NCBI GenBank assembly: GCA_963790475.1
Contig: CAWBOS010000010.1
Location: forward strand, 1,728,001 to 1,792,000
Direction of reading: 5' to 3'
Source: an uncultured delta proteobacterium
Lineage (GTDB): Bacteria; Desulfobacterota; RBG-13-43-22
Length of the DNA stretch: 64,000 nucleotides
This document shows positions 12,263 through 23,651 of the stretch, in pieces. The number at the start of each line of letters is the position of its first letter. Positions within the stretch are counted from its first letter, which is position 1. The notes under the pieces were generated by a model that saw only the letters and a program-made list of their open reading frames with translations, did not search any database and had not been told where the DNA came from. The position numbers and the translations under genes are program-made.

Positions 12263-12533
12263 AAAAATAAGAAGAGATGGTTTGAACTTTATTTTAAACC
12301 CCCAGATAATTTATAACTAATTGAACACATTTTTAATTTAAGAAGGCCTCTAAGTGGTTTTGTTTTTGGGGATTGTCCAAAAAATATTTACGAGTTTCCA
12401 ACCCGGCCGGGAAGGCTATATTTGATTCGAGGCAGGGTATCTACTAAATCTTCTTTCGGGCAATGCGGTATGCCTCTCCCCAAAAGGAGTTTCAAAATTT
12501 GGCTGGCAGAGAAGCTTACGGTTCGGGGGTGGA

Positions 12534-12953
12534 TCATTTTTGATTGATGGTTATTGCCCCTCCTTTTTTATCGGTTTGAAAAACAACCACGGCCGTCAGA
12601 TCCTTCTTGGTGGCCATTACCGAACTCCCGCTGCCTGCGGTCGTTGTGGTCATAATTTTCCAATCTTTAGCCTTAAGTTCATCGGCATATTTGGCCAGAG
12701 CCCCTTCTTGGGCCTCCTCAATCACCACATTCCAATCCTTTGTTCCTCCGGCGTCAGTCTTATTGACCGCCTTGATCTTTCCCATGGTGAAGTGGGGGAC
12801 ATCACCAGGCATGTCCTGAGGCCAATCGGAGGTAACGTTCATTTCTCCCGTTCCGTCTTTAGTCTGGATCCGTATATTTTTGCCCTGGATATCGACCGTG
12901 GCCTCCTTGCCTGTACTATCTCTTATAACCTTCTCGACGATCTTTCCCGCCAT
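12534..12953 (-). CDS. Hypothetical protein resembling a lipoprotein mature domain, no signal peptide (possibly 5'-truncated)
   Basis: 139-aa ORF with WPQDMPGDVP motif; in-frame TAG six codons upstream. Confidence 0.55.
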   Translation of the reverse strand: MAGKIVEKVIRDSTGKEATVDIQGKNIRIQTKDGTGEMNVTSDWPQDMPGDVPHFTMGKIKAVNKTDAGGTKDWNVVIEEAQEGALAKYADELKAKDWKIMTTTTAGSGSSVMATKKDLTAVVVFQTDKKGGAITINQK

Positions 12954-13186
12954 TTCTGATCGACCCCCCTAATGAAATTTTACTTTAGAAAAATCAGATA
13001 AACCACATGCTTTTGTTTGTCAAATTATTTGATATCCCTTCATTCAGGCCAGACTCTCCCGTCACTTGAATTAAATTAAGTAGTTACACCCTCGCCTCAG
13101 ACTGGGCTTTAATTGTCGTCGGTCTGCGGTTGGGCTTTTCAAAGGTTCATTAATTTTAAATTCGAAAAGAAAATTATTTATTTTTT

Positions 13187-13213
13187 TAACTTACAAAACT
13201 TCCTTCTGTCTAA
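13187..13213 (+). promoter_or_regulatory. Putative ECF-sigma promoter TAAC-N17-GTCTAA upstream of the OMP gene
   Basis: TTTTTTTAAC-ttacaaaacttccttct-GTCTAA. Confidence 0.55.
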
Positions 13214-13553
13214 AAAGACAATCGATAAATATTAAATCGGCCGACGGGGGCCAAGGTCATTAAACCTGCAAGTCTGTTGCCTGCCGTTAACCATGCGAGT
13301 AAGATGATGAAAATCAATGATTCGGGGATGAAAAGATTAGTTCTCATGAGTATATTTCCAGTCGCCTGGATTTTTTTGGTGCTTTACGCTCTTCATTTGA
13401 CCTCGATGATCAATTTTTTTTAATTATATTAAGCGCCAATAAAGACGGCCATAACGTTCATTTAAAATAGTGAAAACTTAATTAATATGTTATACAATAC
13501 CTAATTGGCAATCGGTTTTTATGACCAAGAACTTATTATCCTAAGGAGGACTT

Positions 13554-14177
13554 ATGAAAGGATACTCAAAGTGGATTGGGGTTATTCTCATTTTGTGTTG
13601 CGCATTGGCTTTTTCTTTTCCAGCACAAGCTCAGCAGTATAGGATGCCGAACTATGTAGTCCTAAAGGGCGGCATATATTCACCGCAAAGTGGCGATCTT
13701 GATGGCTTTAACACCGGCTTCAACGGGGAGGCCGCTTTTGGACATTATTTTGACAGGAACTGGGCGATAGAAGCCAGTGCCGGAAATTTTGAAACCAAAG
13801 GGAGAAAAGATCTTTTGCTAGCCCCTGACTCATCCCCAACGTCAGTACGTTTTAGAACGTTTCCGCTGACAGTTGCTTTTAAGGGATTAATTCCTGTGGA
13901 TAAATTTGAATTTTATGGAATAGGCGGTGTAGGGGCTTACTTTTTGGAGACCGACATAGATGACTCAGACAGTTTTCGTAGGCACCGCGATTCCGACACG
14001 GATTCAGAGACTCTATTTGGGGGCTTTCTTGGCCTGGGTGTGACTTTTAATTTTACCCCTAGATTCTTTGTTGGGGTAGAGGGCAAATACCTCTGGACCA
14101 CAACAACCACGGTCATTAATGCCGATACCAACCTTACCGGAATCCAGGCGACTGCTAACATAGGATTCAGATTCTAA
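13554..14177 (+). CDS. Outer-membrane beta-barrel protein (OmpA/OmpW-like small barrel)
   Basis: AGGAGG RBS, signal peptide AQA, amphipathic beta strands, terminal ...NIGFRF. Confidence 0.85.
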   Translation: MKGYSKWIGVILILCCALAFSFPAQAQQYRMPNYVVLKGGIYSPQSGDLDGFNTGFNGEAAFGHYFDRNWAIEASAGNFETKGRKDLLLAPDSSPTSVRFRTFPLTVAFKGLIPVDKFEFYGIGGVGAYFLETDIDDSDSFRRHRDSDTDSETLFGGFLGLGVTFNFTPRFFVGVEGKYLWTTTTTVINADTNLTGIQATANIGFRF

Positions 14178-14190
14178 ATGACCTTTGTCG

Positions 14191-14248
14191 GGCAGAGAGT
14201 AGGCGGAGAGGACTTCGGTCCTCTCCGCCTACTCTCTGCCTTTCTCTT
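14191..14248 (+). terminator. Perfect 23-bp hairpin with cUUCGg tetraloop, likely terminator
   Basis: GGCAGAGAGTAGGCGGAGAGGAC-TTCG-GTCCTCTCCGCCTACTCTCTGCC followed by TTTCTCTT. Confidence 0.8.
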
Positions 14249-14452
14249 GGGCATGATGAATTAGGAATGATGCTTGTTTCTTTCTCAAGAATTCTCTCGT
14301 TTATTCAGTCAGCAAGCCTTGGAAAATAGACTCCTCGTTCAGATTCACCTATTGGAAATGTTCATAAACATAATGGCCCTGCCTTTGTTTGATCATGGAG
14401 ACAGGAGAGGCGCTGAGGGCCGGTATCCATCGTGGCCTTTTCGATAGAACAA

Positions 14453-16042
14453 CTAACCAGAAAGAAGTAACGAATCACACTCGTGAAGAAAGAACCAACT
14501 ATCCGGCGGGATAGAAGCAGTTTGTCTCCTGTAACGCTTCGCTAATGCTTCGCGTAGTTCTATTAGAACAGGTGCTGATGTATTCCGAATGGATTCATAA
14601 GATTGGTTGAACCGAGGCGTATCACCTAATTCACCAGAGGCATGCATAATTAGTGAATGAGCAATTGGTTCAATAGATGGATGAATTGTTTCCTGAACAA
14701 GGGAGAAAACTTCTGGATATCGTTTTTGCCGAACGCGGAGGCTCGCAAGAGCTGTTTTAAAGTAGGCACGTTGAGATACCCAAGGATTCTCTCTCTCTCT
14801 TGCTCCCCATTCGAAAATTTCCTCTGCCCTTTCCAATTTACCAGAACGCAGTTGGGCCATACCCCTAATATGATAAGCAACCCAGTCACTCCGAGTTGCT
14901 GGTAAGTTAGTAGGGAGAATTTTCAAGGCGGTTAAGTAATCACCCATAGCTACCAGCACGGAGGCCTTACCATTTCGAGCACTTGTAGAACGAGGAAAAC
15001 GATTCATGACTTGTTCATAGGTGTCCAGTGCCTCCTGGAGTCTTCCTATTTTCTTGTAAGTTTCGGCAATGCCAACATAGGCCCAAGGGTCCAAAGGGAA
15101 TTTCATAATCGTTTTACTATACTCCTCTACTGCTTCAGAAAAACGTCCTAAATCTCGGAGTATTTTTGCATGTGCGGTTCGTGGTGCTGAAGCCAAAGGA
15201 AAATGCTCGACCATAATAACTAGAGCTTCCTCAGCCTTCTCTATCTTTCCAAGCTCCCGGAGAACTTCTGCGCGCAGAGACTGCAGAATTAAGCCCTCAG
15301 GGTGACTTTTAACAAGTTCACTAAATTCCTCGAGGGCTTCGTCGAGTCGTCCCATGTCTCGAAGTACTTGGGCACGACCACTGATCGTAACTAAATCAAA
15401 GGCTATTTCTCGTAATATTTCGTTGTAAGCATCCAATGCTTGTTGGAGTTTACCATTATAAGCCAATACGGCTGCCCGACCATTGCGGGGAACGAGATCA
15501 GCAGGAAAGTCCCGAATGCATTGATCATAAATTTGAAGGGATTCTTCTATCTGCCCCAAGTCCTTCAATACCTCCGCACGCCCACATAATGCTACACAAA
15601 CATTTCCAAGCACCGCAGAAGTATGATACATCTCCAGAGATTGTTCGAACTCAGCCAGGGACCGGAAAGCGTCTCCAAGGGTAGCATAGGACCAAGCATC
15701 GCCAGGAGCTTCTGCAACTGCCTTTGAAGCGAATTCTAGCTGGAGTTCTTGGTTACCCAATCCCTTAGCGAATTGTGCAAGATCACATAAAGATTTGGCT
15801 ATATGTTCAGGATCACCATTGCGACGTTGGCTGACAATAAGTTCTTTAGTAAATCGCAACGCTAAATCCTGTTTCCCCTCTATAAGATGCTTTTTAATCC
15901 CTTCCTTCTGTTTTTCCACTTGTTGGAAGGTATGGAAACTACTCTTAAAACGTTTTTTGTGTTTAATGTGATTATACCTATCATTTTCAATCTCAGGGTC
16001 GCCCAATCTTCTGGACCGTTCGGTATGTAAAAAAGTGACCAT
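14453..16042 (-). CDS. Tetratricopeptide-repeat protein
   Basis: Multiple 34-aa TPR units (GRAEVLKDLGQIEESL, GRAQVLRDMGRLDEAL, AYVGIAETYKKIGRLQEAL); AT-richer than the flanking operons. Confidence 0.85.
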   Translation of the reverse strand: MVTFLHTERSRRLGDPEIENDRYNHIKHKKRFKSSFHTFQQVEKQKEGIKKHLIEGKQDLALRFTKELIVSQRRNGDPEHIAKSLCDLAQFAKGLGNQELQLEFASKAVAEAPGDAWSYATLGDAFRSLAEFEQSLEMYHTSAVLGNVCVALCGRAEVLKDLGQIEESLQIYDQCIRDFPADLVPRNGRAAVLAYNGKLQQALDAYNEILREIAFDLVTISGRAQVLRDMGRLDEALEEFSELVKSHPEGLILQSLRAEVLRELGKIEKAEEALVIMVEHFPLASAPRTAHAKILRDLGRFSEAVEEYSKTIMKFPLDPWAYVGIAETYKKIGRLQEALDTYEQVMNRFPRSTSARNGKASVLVAMGDYLTALKILPTNLPATRSDWVAYHIRGMAQLRSGKLERAEEIFEWGARERENPWVSQRAYFKTALASLRVRQKRYPEVFSLVQETIHPSIEPIAHSLIMHASGELGDTPRFNQSYESIRNTSAPVLIELREALAKRYRRQTASIPPDSWFFLHECDSLLLSG

Positions 16043-16274
16043 TTTTTCTCCCCTGGGGAGAGGCGGAAACCATCCTGCCTCAAAAATTATTTGTCAAAGT
16101 CCTTTTTGATCCAGTTGTCCTAAAGGAACTCATTCACTGAGAACTCCTTTTTCTTAAAAGTTCCTCTGTCGTGTTGGAACCGTAATCCCCTCCTCAAAAC
16201 TCATAAATTCCCCCCCTTACTTTTATACAAGGGTTAAGAACAATTTTGGGGAGATTTAGAAAATGGCCACGGCT

Positions 16275-16732
16275 CTATGGGCGGCCGCCTGCCCACATTC
16301 TCTGGCGCATATGACCCCTGAGCCATATCTCCTGCCCCCACATCCCAACCTGTGCGGCCTGCTCCGGGGTGAGATAACTCCTGGCTTCCAACCGAGAATC
16401 GATGGCTTTCATTCTTAATTGTGTGGTCAGACCTAAAAGTTCCTCTTGTTTGGCTATGATTTTGTCTTTATCCGGGTTAGGGACAGTCCACAATGTTTTG
16501 AGCTCGAGCCGTTTGACCCTGAGGTCATTGCGTAGAAAACCGTTTCTTTCCGGAAATTTTCCCCCAAGGCTTGGAGTTTGGTCTTTTGTTCCGGGGTAAG
16601 ATTCAATCGGTTACGGTAATGAGCCTTAAATCCTTCTCTTGCCCCTCCATCTTCCGGGACCATGGCATAAACGCTGCCGGCCATTAAAAGTAAAACGAAT
16701 AACAAAACCAAAATTTTAGTTTGACTGATCAT
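16275..16732 (-). pseudogene. Second Spy/CpxP-like gene split by a 1-nt frameshift (pseudogene or sequencing error)
   Basis: LNLTPEQ...FRKETV joins LRNDLRVKRLELKTLWTVPNPDKDKI...LTPEQ if one T is added to the T4 run near 16537; paralog of 1124-1612. Confidence 0.8.
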
Positions 16733-16901
16733 TTCTTCTTCCTTCCTTGGTTTTTTACGAATTTAAGGTTATTTCTTTCCAGTCCCGAAATCTAAAAACC
16801 GTATAATCTTTCGCTGCTTAGCCCATCCCCTTTCCATTTTTCTTTTGATACCCCAAGGTCTTTCTTTAAAACAGCTTCCAAATTTGTATGGTTTATTTTT
16901 T

Positions 16902-16929
16902 TTAGAGAGAAGTGATTTTTGTTAAGTTA
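16902..16929 (-). promoter_or_regulatory. Putative ECF-sigma promoter TAAC-N18-CTCTAA facing the second Spy-like gene
   Basis: Minus strand TTTTTAAC-ttaacaaaaatcacttct-CTCTAA. Confidence 0.5.
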
Positions 16930-17003
16930 AAAATAAAAATGATTTTCTTACGATTTAATGACTTCCTTATGTCGTTTTGTTCGCTGAATGGCTAAGAAGA
17001 AGT

Positions 17004-17031
17004 TAACCTTATAAAATCGCTTCCAGTCTAT
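17004..17031 (+). promoter_or_regulatory. Putative ECF-sigma promoter TAAC-N18-GTCTAT
   Basis: TAAC-cttataaaatcgcttcca-GTCTAT-CCGAGAATAAG; near-identical downstream context at 26162. Confidence 0.5.
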
Positions 17032-17113
17032 CCGAGAATAAGTTGTTTTTCGGTAACATACCTCGTATCGATTCCTGCTGTTACTCCGCCAAGAAACTAT
17101 TAAAAGATAATTT

Positions 17114-17140
17114 TAACTTTATAAACCCCTACCTGTCTAA
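17114..17140 (+). promoter_or_regulatory. Putative ECF-sigma promoter TAAC-N17-GTCTAA upstream of the module and RND operon
   Basis: TTTTAAC-tttataaacccctacct-GTCTAA. Confidence 0.55.
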
Positions 17141-17238
17141 TAAAGGAGAGTTTTATGCCCTTAATAGGACATACCTTCTATATTTCGCAACTTAGATTAA
17201 CTAAGAGTTAATAAAATGAGAGAAAAAGTTAGGATCCG

Positions 17239-17580
17239 GAAATGGGCACCCCCGAAGAGCGGTCAGGGCAAAGCGGGTGTTCTCTATGCCCCCTAACTAA
17301 AAGGGGAAGAATATGGAAGAGCCAGTTTGAATAATGCATATTGATGGAGATTACAGGGTTGTACATTTTTTGATTGGAAAGGGAGCCCTTATTAAATCAA
17401 CGGTTTCCCTGGCAACCGCCTCGACCATGCTCAAAAAATAATAAATTTGATTTGATTTTATCGGAACCTCAAAATATAGTCATACTTACTCCCCTAGGCC
17501 CATCAAGAAATAAAAGAGCACCTGGTATTTAATTAGAAAAATATTAATCATCTTCTGGAGTGCGAAGGTCTATTTCTATG
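17239..17580 (+). repeat. Diverged ~340-bp duplicated module, copy 2
   Basis: Colinear with 1611-1953 and ends at the ATG of the RND adaptor gene. Confidence 0.85.
17313..17532 (+). pseudogene. Inactivated copy of the small pseudo-receiver gene
   Basis: MEEPV*IMHIDGDYRVVHFLIGKGALIKSTVSLATASTMLK-(frameshift in A run)-NNKFDLILSEPQNIVILTP. Confidence 0.7.
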
Positions 17581-18786
17581 ATAAAAAAGAACAGGAAAGC
17601 GACATTTTTGGGTGCGGCCGTACTGTCTTCCATCGCAGCTATGAGTTTGGTTTTTTTCCTCATGTCCGGCTGCGGAAAGAAGAAAGAGGAGAAGGATTCC
17701 GCTCGGCCCATAGTCCAAGTAGCACAAGTTGCCCGGCAAAATATCTCCGTCTATACAGAATGGATCGGCACAACGGATGGTAAGGTCAATGCCACAATCC
17801 GAGCGCAGGTCCAGGGTTATTTGATCAAACAGAATTACCGTGAAGGCGATTTTGTCAGGAAGGGACAGATTCTTTTCGAGATCGACCCGCGCACCTTCCA
17901 AACAGCCTTGGACCAGGCGAAGGGACAACTGGAGCAACAGCGGGCACGCTGGGCAACCGCCGAGGCGGATCTCGTCAGGATCAAGCCCCTGGCGGAGCTG
18001 AATGCCATCAGCAAAAAAGACCTGGACGATGCCATGGGCCTTGAACAGGCCGCGCGTGCGGCGGTGGTTTCGGCAAAAGCTGTTGTTGAAAAAACAACGC
18101 TGGACGTCGGCTTCACGAAGATTACCTCTCCCGTTGACGGCATCGCCGGCATTGCCAAGACCCAGATCGGAAATCTCGTCGGTCCCGGATTGATCGAGGA
18201 ACTGACAACGGTATCAACTCTTGATCCTATCAAGGTCTATGTGTCCGTCGGTGAACAGGAGTACCTCAAAATGGTCGGAAACGGCGGCCCTAGTTTCAAG
18301 GACATTCCCCTGGAATTGATTCTATCCTCCGGCAGTGTTCATCCCTATAAAGGATACTTTGCCCTTGCCGACCGCCAGGTGGATGTGAAGACAGGCACCA
18401 TAAAACTCGCCGCCTTCTTCAGCAATCCCGGAAATATTATTCGGCCCGGACAATTTGCCAAGGTCCGTGCCAAAAGCAAAATCAAGGAAAACGCACTGCT
18501 GATCCCCCAGCGAGCGGTGAGGGAACTTCAGGGAAGCTATCAGGTAGCCGTCGTAGGTCCCGGTAATAAAATCGATATAAGGTCGGTAAAACCCGCCGAA
18601 CGAATCGACAACCTCTGGGTGATTGATGAGGGGCTTAAGCCGGGAGATAAGGTGGTCATGGAGGGGTTCCAAAAAGTAAGGCAGGGTATGATCGTGAATC
18701 CACAGTCTTACGTTCAGTCCGGGGACGGCACCGCCTCGATGGCCGGAGAACAGAAATCGGTAGAATCCGGGCGAGGACAAAAATAG
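17578..18786 (+). CDS. RND periplasmic adaptor (AcrA/MexA-like)
   Basis: MSGC lipobox-like site, [37 protein letters not shown]. Confidence 0.92.
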   Translation: MIKKNRKATFLGAAVLSSIAAMSLVFFLMSGCGKKKEEKDSARPIVQVAQVARQNISVYTEWIGTTDGKVNATIRAQVQGYLIKQNYREGDFVRKGQILFEIDPRTFQTALDQAKGQLEQQRARWATAEADLVRIKPLAELNAISKKDLDDAMGLEQAARAAVVSAKAVVEKTTLDVGFTKITSPVDGIAGIAKTQIGNLVGPGLIEELTTVSTLDPIKVYVSVGEQEYLKMVGNGGPSFKDIPLELILSSGSVHPYKGYFALADRQVDVKTGTIKLAAFFSNPGNIIRPGQFAKVRAKSKIKENALLIPQRAVRELQGSYQVAVVGPGNKIDIRSVKPAERIDNLWVIDEGLKPGDKVVMEGFQKVRQGMIVNPQSYVQSGDGTASMAGEQKSVESGRGQK

Positions 18787-18791
18787 ACGTC

Positions 18792-21700
18792 ATGTCGAAG
18801 TTCTTCATCAATCGTCCCATTGTTGCCATGGTGATCTCCATTATGTTCGTCATTGTAGGCATCGTGGCGGCGGTCAGTCTGCCCATCGCCCAGTTCCCGG
18901 AGATCGTGCCCCCCGAGATCCAGATCTGGTCGACTTATACAGGTGCGGACGCGCAAACCGTCGAGCAGTCCGTGGCGACCCCTATCGAGCAGCAGCTCAG
19001 CGGCGTGGACAACATGAATTACATGTACTCCGTCAACGCCAACAACGGTAACATGCGGCTGACGGCCAGCTTTGATGTTGCGACCAGTCCGAACACGGAC
19101 CTGGTGCTTACCCAGATCCGGCAGAATCTTTCTCAGCCGCAGCTTCCCGCCGATGTGCGGAATTACGGGGTCACGGTCCAGAAGGCCCGTTCCGCCCCCC
19201 TGATGACCCTTTCCGTTTATTCACCCCACGGGTCCCATGACGCCATCTTTCTGTCGAACTATGCCTACATCAACCTCGTCGATCAGTTGCTCCGCGTGCC
19301 CGGAGTCGGCCTGGCTACGGTCTGGGGCTCCGGTATGTATGCGATCCGCATCTGGGTCAAACCCGATACCCTGGCGAAGCTCGGCATAACCGTTCCCCGG
19401 GTCATTGATGCCGTCCAGAAGCAGAATACAGTTAATCCGGCCGGGCAGATCGGTGGTGAACCCGCGCCTCCGGGCCAGGAGTTCACCTATTCCGTACGGG
19501 CCCAGGGCCGTCTGATCACACCCGAAGAATTCGGCCAGATCGTTCTGCGGGCCAACTCCGACGGATCCGTTGTTCGCCTGAAGGATGTGGCCCGTATTGA
19601 ACTGGGCTCGCAGGTTTATACGTTCAGGGGGCGGCTGGATGGGGAACCTGCAGCTAATATCGGCATCTACCAGTTACCCGGCACGAATGCCATCGAGACA
19701 GCCAACGGCGTCAGAAGGGTCATGGAACAGGCCAAGGGGCGATTTCCGGCTGATCTCGATTATGTTGTCGGTCTCGATACGACCAAGTCCATCACTGAAG
19801 GCATTAACGAGATTGTCAAAACACTCCTGATAGCGCTGGCGTTAGTCATCGTCGTCGTCTTCATCTTCCTTCAGGGCTGGAGGCCGACCCTCATTCCCGC
19901 CCTCGCCGTTCCGGTTTCTCTCGTCGGCACTTTTGCCTTTTTTCCTCTTCTCGGATTCTCCATCAACACCCTGTCTCTTTTCGGCCTGGTCTTAGCCATA
20001 GGCCTGGTCGTGGACGATGCCATTGTCGTTGTCGAAGCGGCCGAACGTCATATCGAGGAGGGCTTGTCTCCCAAGGATGCGGCATTCAAGGCCATGCAGG
20101 AAGTTTCCGGCCCGGTCATGGCCATTGCCCTGGTGCTCTCGGCGGTCTTTATCCCCACGGTGTTCATTCCGGGAATTACGGGCAGGCTTTACCAGCAATT
20201 TGCAGCGACCATTGCCATTTCGGTCCTCATCTCGGCCTTCAACGCCTTGAGTCTCAGCCCCGCCCTTGCCGCTCTTCTCCTCAAGCCCCGGAAAGAGACC
20301 CGCGGCCCCCTGGGGTCCTTCTTCACCTTATTCAACCGCTGGTTCGGACGCGCTACAACAGGATATGTTGGATTCTGCAGAGTCCTGATCCGCAAGAGCG
20401 CCCTCAGTCTTCTGTTTCTTGCAGGGATCACGGTCCTTTCCTTCGGGATCGGAAAAGTCACCCCCGCGGGATTTTTGCCGGAAGAGGATCTGGGCTATAT
20501 GTATGTCAACGTATCATTGCCGGATGCCGCCTCACTGCAGCGCACCGATGAGGCCTGCAAGGAGATCGAAAAAATCATCGCCAGGACGCCTGGTATTAAG
20601 CACTACCAAACCATCCTCGGCGTCAGTTTGCTCAGCCAGGTCCAGAACACCTACAGTGCTTTTGTCTTTGTGAACCTCAAGGAGTGGAAGGATCGGAAAA
20701 CTCCGGACCAGCAATATGACGCGATTATGACCCGTCTGAACAGAGAGCTGGCCAAACTGCCGCAATGCAGCGCCTTCGCCTTTTCTCCGCCAGCCATTCC
20801 AGGCATTGGGACGGCCGGGGGCGTAACGATGGTCCTCGAAGACCGTGCCGGCAAGGACATTAGTTTTCTTTCGGAGAATGTCAACAAATTCATCGATGCC
20901 GCACGGAAGAGACCGGAGCTTGCCTCAGTCAGAACGACCTTCCTCCCGACGGTGCCCCAGGTTTTCATCAATGTCGATCGGGACAAGGTACTCAAGCAGG
21001 GCATCGATCTCGGACAGGTCTATCAAACGCTCCAGGCTTTTATGGGCGGTTATTTCATCAATTACTTCAACCGATTCGGACGTCAATGGCAGGTCTATGT
21101 CCAGGCGGAAGGTGCCTACCGAACCAAAGCGGAGGATGTCGGACAATTTTATGTACAGAACGACCGGGGGGATCCGGTTCCGCTCTCGGCGGTCACGACG
21201 GTCGAATCACGAACAGGACCCGAATTTACAATGCGCTACAACCTGTATCGTTCGGCACAGATCAACGCCATGGCCAACCCCGGCTACAGTTCAGCCCAGG
21301 CCATGAAGGCGCTGGAAGAGGTCTTTGCTCAGAGTATGCCGCGAGATATGGGTTTCGATTACCTGGGAATGAGTTTCCAAGAAAAGAAGGCCCAGGAGGG
21401 TATACCGGCGATGGTCATCTTCGGGTTCTCCTTGCTTTGTGTTTTTCTCATTCTTGCCGCCCAGTACGAAAGCTGGTCCCTGCCCGTCAGTGTTCTACTC
21501 GGAACGCCCGTGGCTGTTTTCGGTGCTTTCACGGCAATCTGGCTCCGCGGCCAGGTGAACAACGTCTATGCCCAGATTGGGCTGATCGTGCTGATCGGTC
21601 TGGCCGCCAAGAACGCCATTCTGATCGTTGAGTTCGCAAAAAGAAGGCATGAACAAGGGAGATCTACGACGGATGCCGCTCTCGAAGGGGCCCGATTGAG

Positions 21701-21941
21701 GCTCCGGCCGATTCTCATGACTTCGTTCGCCTTTCTCTTCGGCACGCTTCCCCTGGCCATATCTACAGGATCCGGAGCCGTGGCCAGACAAATCATGGGA
21801 ACCACTGTTATGGGCGGAGCTGCAGCAGCCTCCTTGATTGCTATCTTCCTGATTCCGGTGACCTTCTACGTCGTTGTCAAAATGACGGAAAAACGCAGGA
21901 ATAAAAAAAAGCCGGAGAGCGAGGAAGGAGATCATGTATAA
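18792..21941 (+). CDS. RND efflux permease (AcrB/MexB/BepE-like, HAE1)
   Basis: [51 protein letters not shown]. Confidence 0.93.
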   Translation: MSKFFINRPIVAMVISIMFVIVGIVAAVSLPIAQFPEIVPPEIQIWSTYTGADAQTVEQSVATPIEQQLSGVDNMNYMYSVNANNGNMRLTASFDVATSPNTDLVLTQIRQNLSQPQLPADVRNYGVTVQKARSAPLMTLSVYSPHGSHDAIFLSNYAYINLVDQLLRVPGVGLATVWGSGMYAIRIWVKPDTLAKLGITVPRVIDAVQKQNTVNPAGQIGGEPAPPGQEFTYSVRAQGRLITPEEFGQIVLRANSDGSVVRLKDVARIELGSQVYTFRGRLDGEPAANIGIYQLPGTNAIETANGVRRVMEQAKGRFPADLDYVVGLDTTKSITEGINEIVKTLLIALALVIVVVFIFLQGWRPTLIPALAVPVSLVGTFAFFPLLGFSINTLSLFGLVLAIGLVVDDAIVVVEAAERHIEEGLSPKDAAFKAMQEVSGPVMAIALVLSAVFIPTVFIPGITGRLYQQFAATIAISVLISAFNALSLSPALAALLLKPRKETRGPLGSFFTLFNRWFGRATTGYVGFCRVLIRKSALSLLFLAGITVLSFGIGKVTPAGFLPEEDLGYMYVNVSLPDAASLQRTDEACKEIEKIIARTPGIKHYQTILGVSLLSQVQNTYSAFVFVNLKEWKDRKTPDQQYDAIMTRLNRELAKLPQCSAFAFSPPAIPGIGTAGGVTMVLEDRAGKDISFLSENVNKFIDAARKRPELASVRTTFLPTVPQVFINVDRDKVLKQGIDLGQVYQTLQAFMGGYFINYFNRFGRQWQVYVQAEGAYRTKAEDVGQFYVQNDRGDPVPLSAVTTVESRTGPEFTMRYNLYRSAQINAMANPGYSSAQAMKALEEVFAQSMPRDMGFDYLGMSFQEKKAQEGIPAMVIFGFSLLCVFLILAAQYESWSLPVSVLLGTPVAVFGAFTAIWLRGQVNNVYAQIGLIVLIGLAAKNAILIVEFAKRRHEQGRSTTDAALEGARLRLRPILMTSFAFLFGTLPLAISTGSGAVARQIMGTTVMGGAAAASLIAIFLIPVTFYVVVKMTEKRRNKKKPESEEGDHV

Positions 21942-23322
21942 GATCCTTTTATCTTTTCTGCTGGCGCTTATTCTTTCCGGCTGCATGATGGGTCCCGACT
22001 ATCGGAGGCCAGATATCGAGATCCCCGGCGCCTGGCGTTTTGAAGAGAAGGAGGCCCGAGAAATCAGCAACGTGTCCTGGTGGGAGCAGTTTAACGATCC
22101 CGTTCTCAACGAACTCATCGGGGTGGCCCTGAAAGAAAACAAGGATCTCAAGATAGCCACGGCCAGAGTTGAGGAATTCATGGGACGATACGGGACGACA
22201 CGGGCGGCCCTGTTTCCGCAGGTTTATGGGGAGGCCAGTGCGGGCCGAAGCCAGGTGACTGGGCTGGGGCCTACTCCGCTTTCATCGGCGACTCAAAATC
22301 CCGCATATAACTATTTGGCTTTGCTGAACGGAAGCTGGGAGCTCGACCTGTGGGGCAAGCTGCGGAGGGGGACAGAGGCCGCCCGCGCCGATCTTCTAAG
22401 CCAGGAAGAAGGGCGGATTAGCGTTCTTCTTACGCTTGTTACGTCTGTGGCCAGCGCTTATGTGAATCTCGGCAATCTCGACAAGCAGCTCGATATAGCC
22501 AAAAGAACCGCGCAGAGCCGTAAGGAATCCTACGATCTTTTTCAACTTCGGTTCCGGGGTGGTGTCATCTCGGAACTTGAACTAAGTCAGGTCAAATCGG
22601 AATACGAGCAAACCTTAGCGACCATTCCGGTTCTTGAAAAGGTGATTTCCCAGCAGGAAAACGCCCTGAGCGAGCTCCTGGGACGGAATCCCGGCCCGAT
22701 TCCGCGGGGCAAAAAGATTGACGATCTTGTCCTTCTGACTGTGCCTGCGGGTCTGCCCTCCATCCTGCTCGCCAATCGTCCGGATATACGCCAGGCGGAG
22801 CAAAACCTGATCGCCGCCAATGCCAGGATCGGTGTGGCAAGAACGCTCTATTTCCCAACGATTTCTCTGACGGGTTCGTTCGGTGTCTCAAGCATTGACC
22901 TGTCGAATCTCTTTACCGGGCCTGCGGGGGCCTGGAACTGGGCCGTTCCGCTGGTGGCCCCGATATTTACGGGTGGCGCCATCAGGGGACGGATTAAAAC
23001 GGCTGAAGCACAGCAGCAACAAGCCTTATTTCGCTATCAGCAGACTATCCAGACGGCATTCCGGGAAGTCGAGGATGCCCTGATCGACCAGAAGCGCTCC
23101 AGAGAAGAACTCGAGATTCAGGACCGGCAGATTGAATCCCTGCGGAAATATGCTCGTTTCGCCCGCCTGAGATTTGATAATGGCTATACCAGTTATATCG
23201 AAGTGCTCGATTCGGAACGCAGCTTGTTCAATGCCGAACTGGCCCGCGCCGAGACCAAGGGCGTCCTCTTTCAGGCCCTTGTGAATCTGTACAAGGCGTT
23301 GGGCAGCGGTTGGACGTTCTAG
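21934..23322 (+). CDS. RND outer-membrane factor lipoprotein (NodT/OprM family)
   Basis: LSGC lipobox, [26 protein letters not shown]. Confidence 0.93.
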   Translation: MYKILLSFLLALILSGCMMGPDYRRPDIEIPGAWRFEEKEAREISNVSWWEQFNDPVLNELIGVALKENKDLKIATARVEEFMGRYGTTRAALFPQVYGEASAGRSQVTGLGPTPLSSATQNPAYNYLALLNGSWELDLWGKLRRGTEAARADLLSQEEGRISVLLTLVTSVASAYVNLGNLDKQLDIAKRTAQSRKESYDLFQLRFRGGVISELELSQVKSEYEQTLATIPVLEKVISQQENALSELLGRNPGPIPRGKKIDDLVLLTVPAGLPSILLANRPDIRQAEQNLIAANARIGVARTLYFPTISLTGSFGVSSIDLSNLFTGPAGAWNWAVPLVAPIFTGGAIRGRIKTAEAQQQQALFRYQQTIQTAFREVEDALIDQKRSREELEIQDRQIESLRKYARFARLRFDNGYTSYIEVLDSERSLFNAELARAETKGVLFQALVNLYKALGSGWTF

Positions 23323-23541
23323 AATATCAGCAAGGACCAGTCACACCCTGAGTCCTCCCCGACGTTTTGCTTCTTATACTCCTTAAATTTCCATTTGGAA
23401 AAAACAGAAGAGTTGAAACCGTAATTACTGACAAACGGCGTTTGATATTTGTCGTACCTATAACCGACAACGGCATGCTTCGCATAAGAAATTAAGAGAG
23501 GTGGTCGGACGGATTGAAAAGAAATTGTCAATACCAAAGAT

Positions 23542-23570
23542 TTGACCCTCTGTTTAATGTTTAATATTAT
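23542..23570 (+). promoter_or_regulatory. Sigma70-like promoter TTGACC-N17-TATTAT
   Basis: Near-consensus with 17-nt spacer upstream of ATG 23652. Confidence 0.5.
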
Positions 23571-23651
23571 GTGGTGAGGTCCCTGGTTTGTCTGACAGAA
23601 ACTCAGTAACTTTACAATAGAACCAAATGGAACATTGATTGGAGCGAGGGA

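Noticed and set aside
17328-17330. In-frame TGA as possible selenocysteine in the second pseudo-receiver copy
   Set aside because: Aligns with Lys, not Cys, in copy 1, and the copy also has a frameshift
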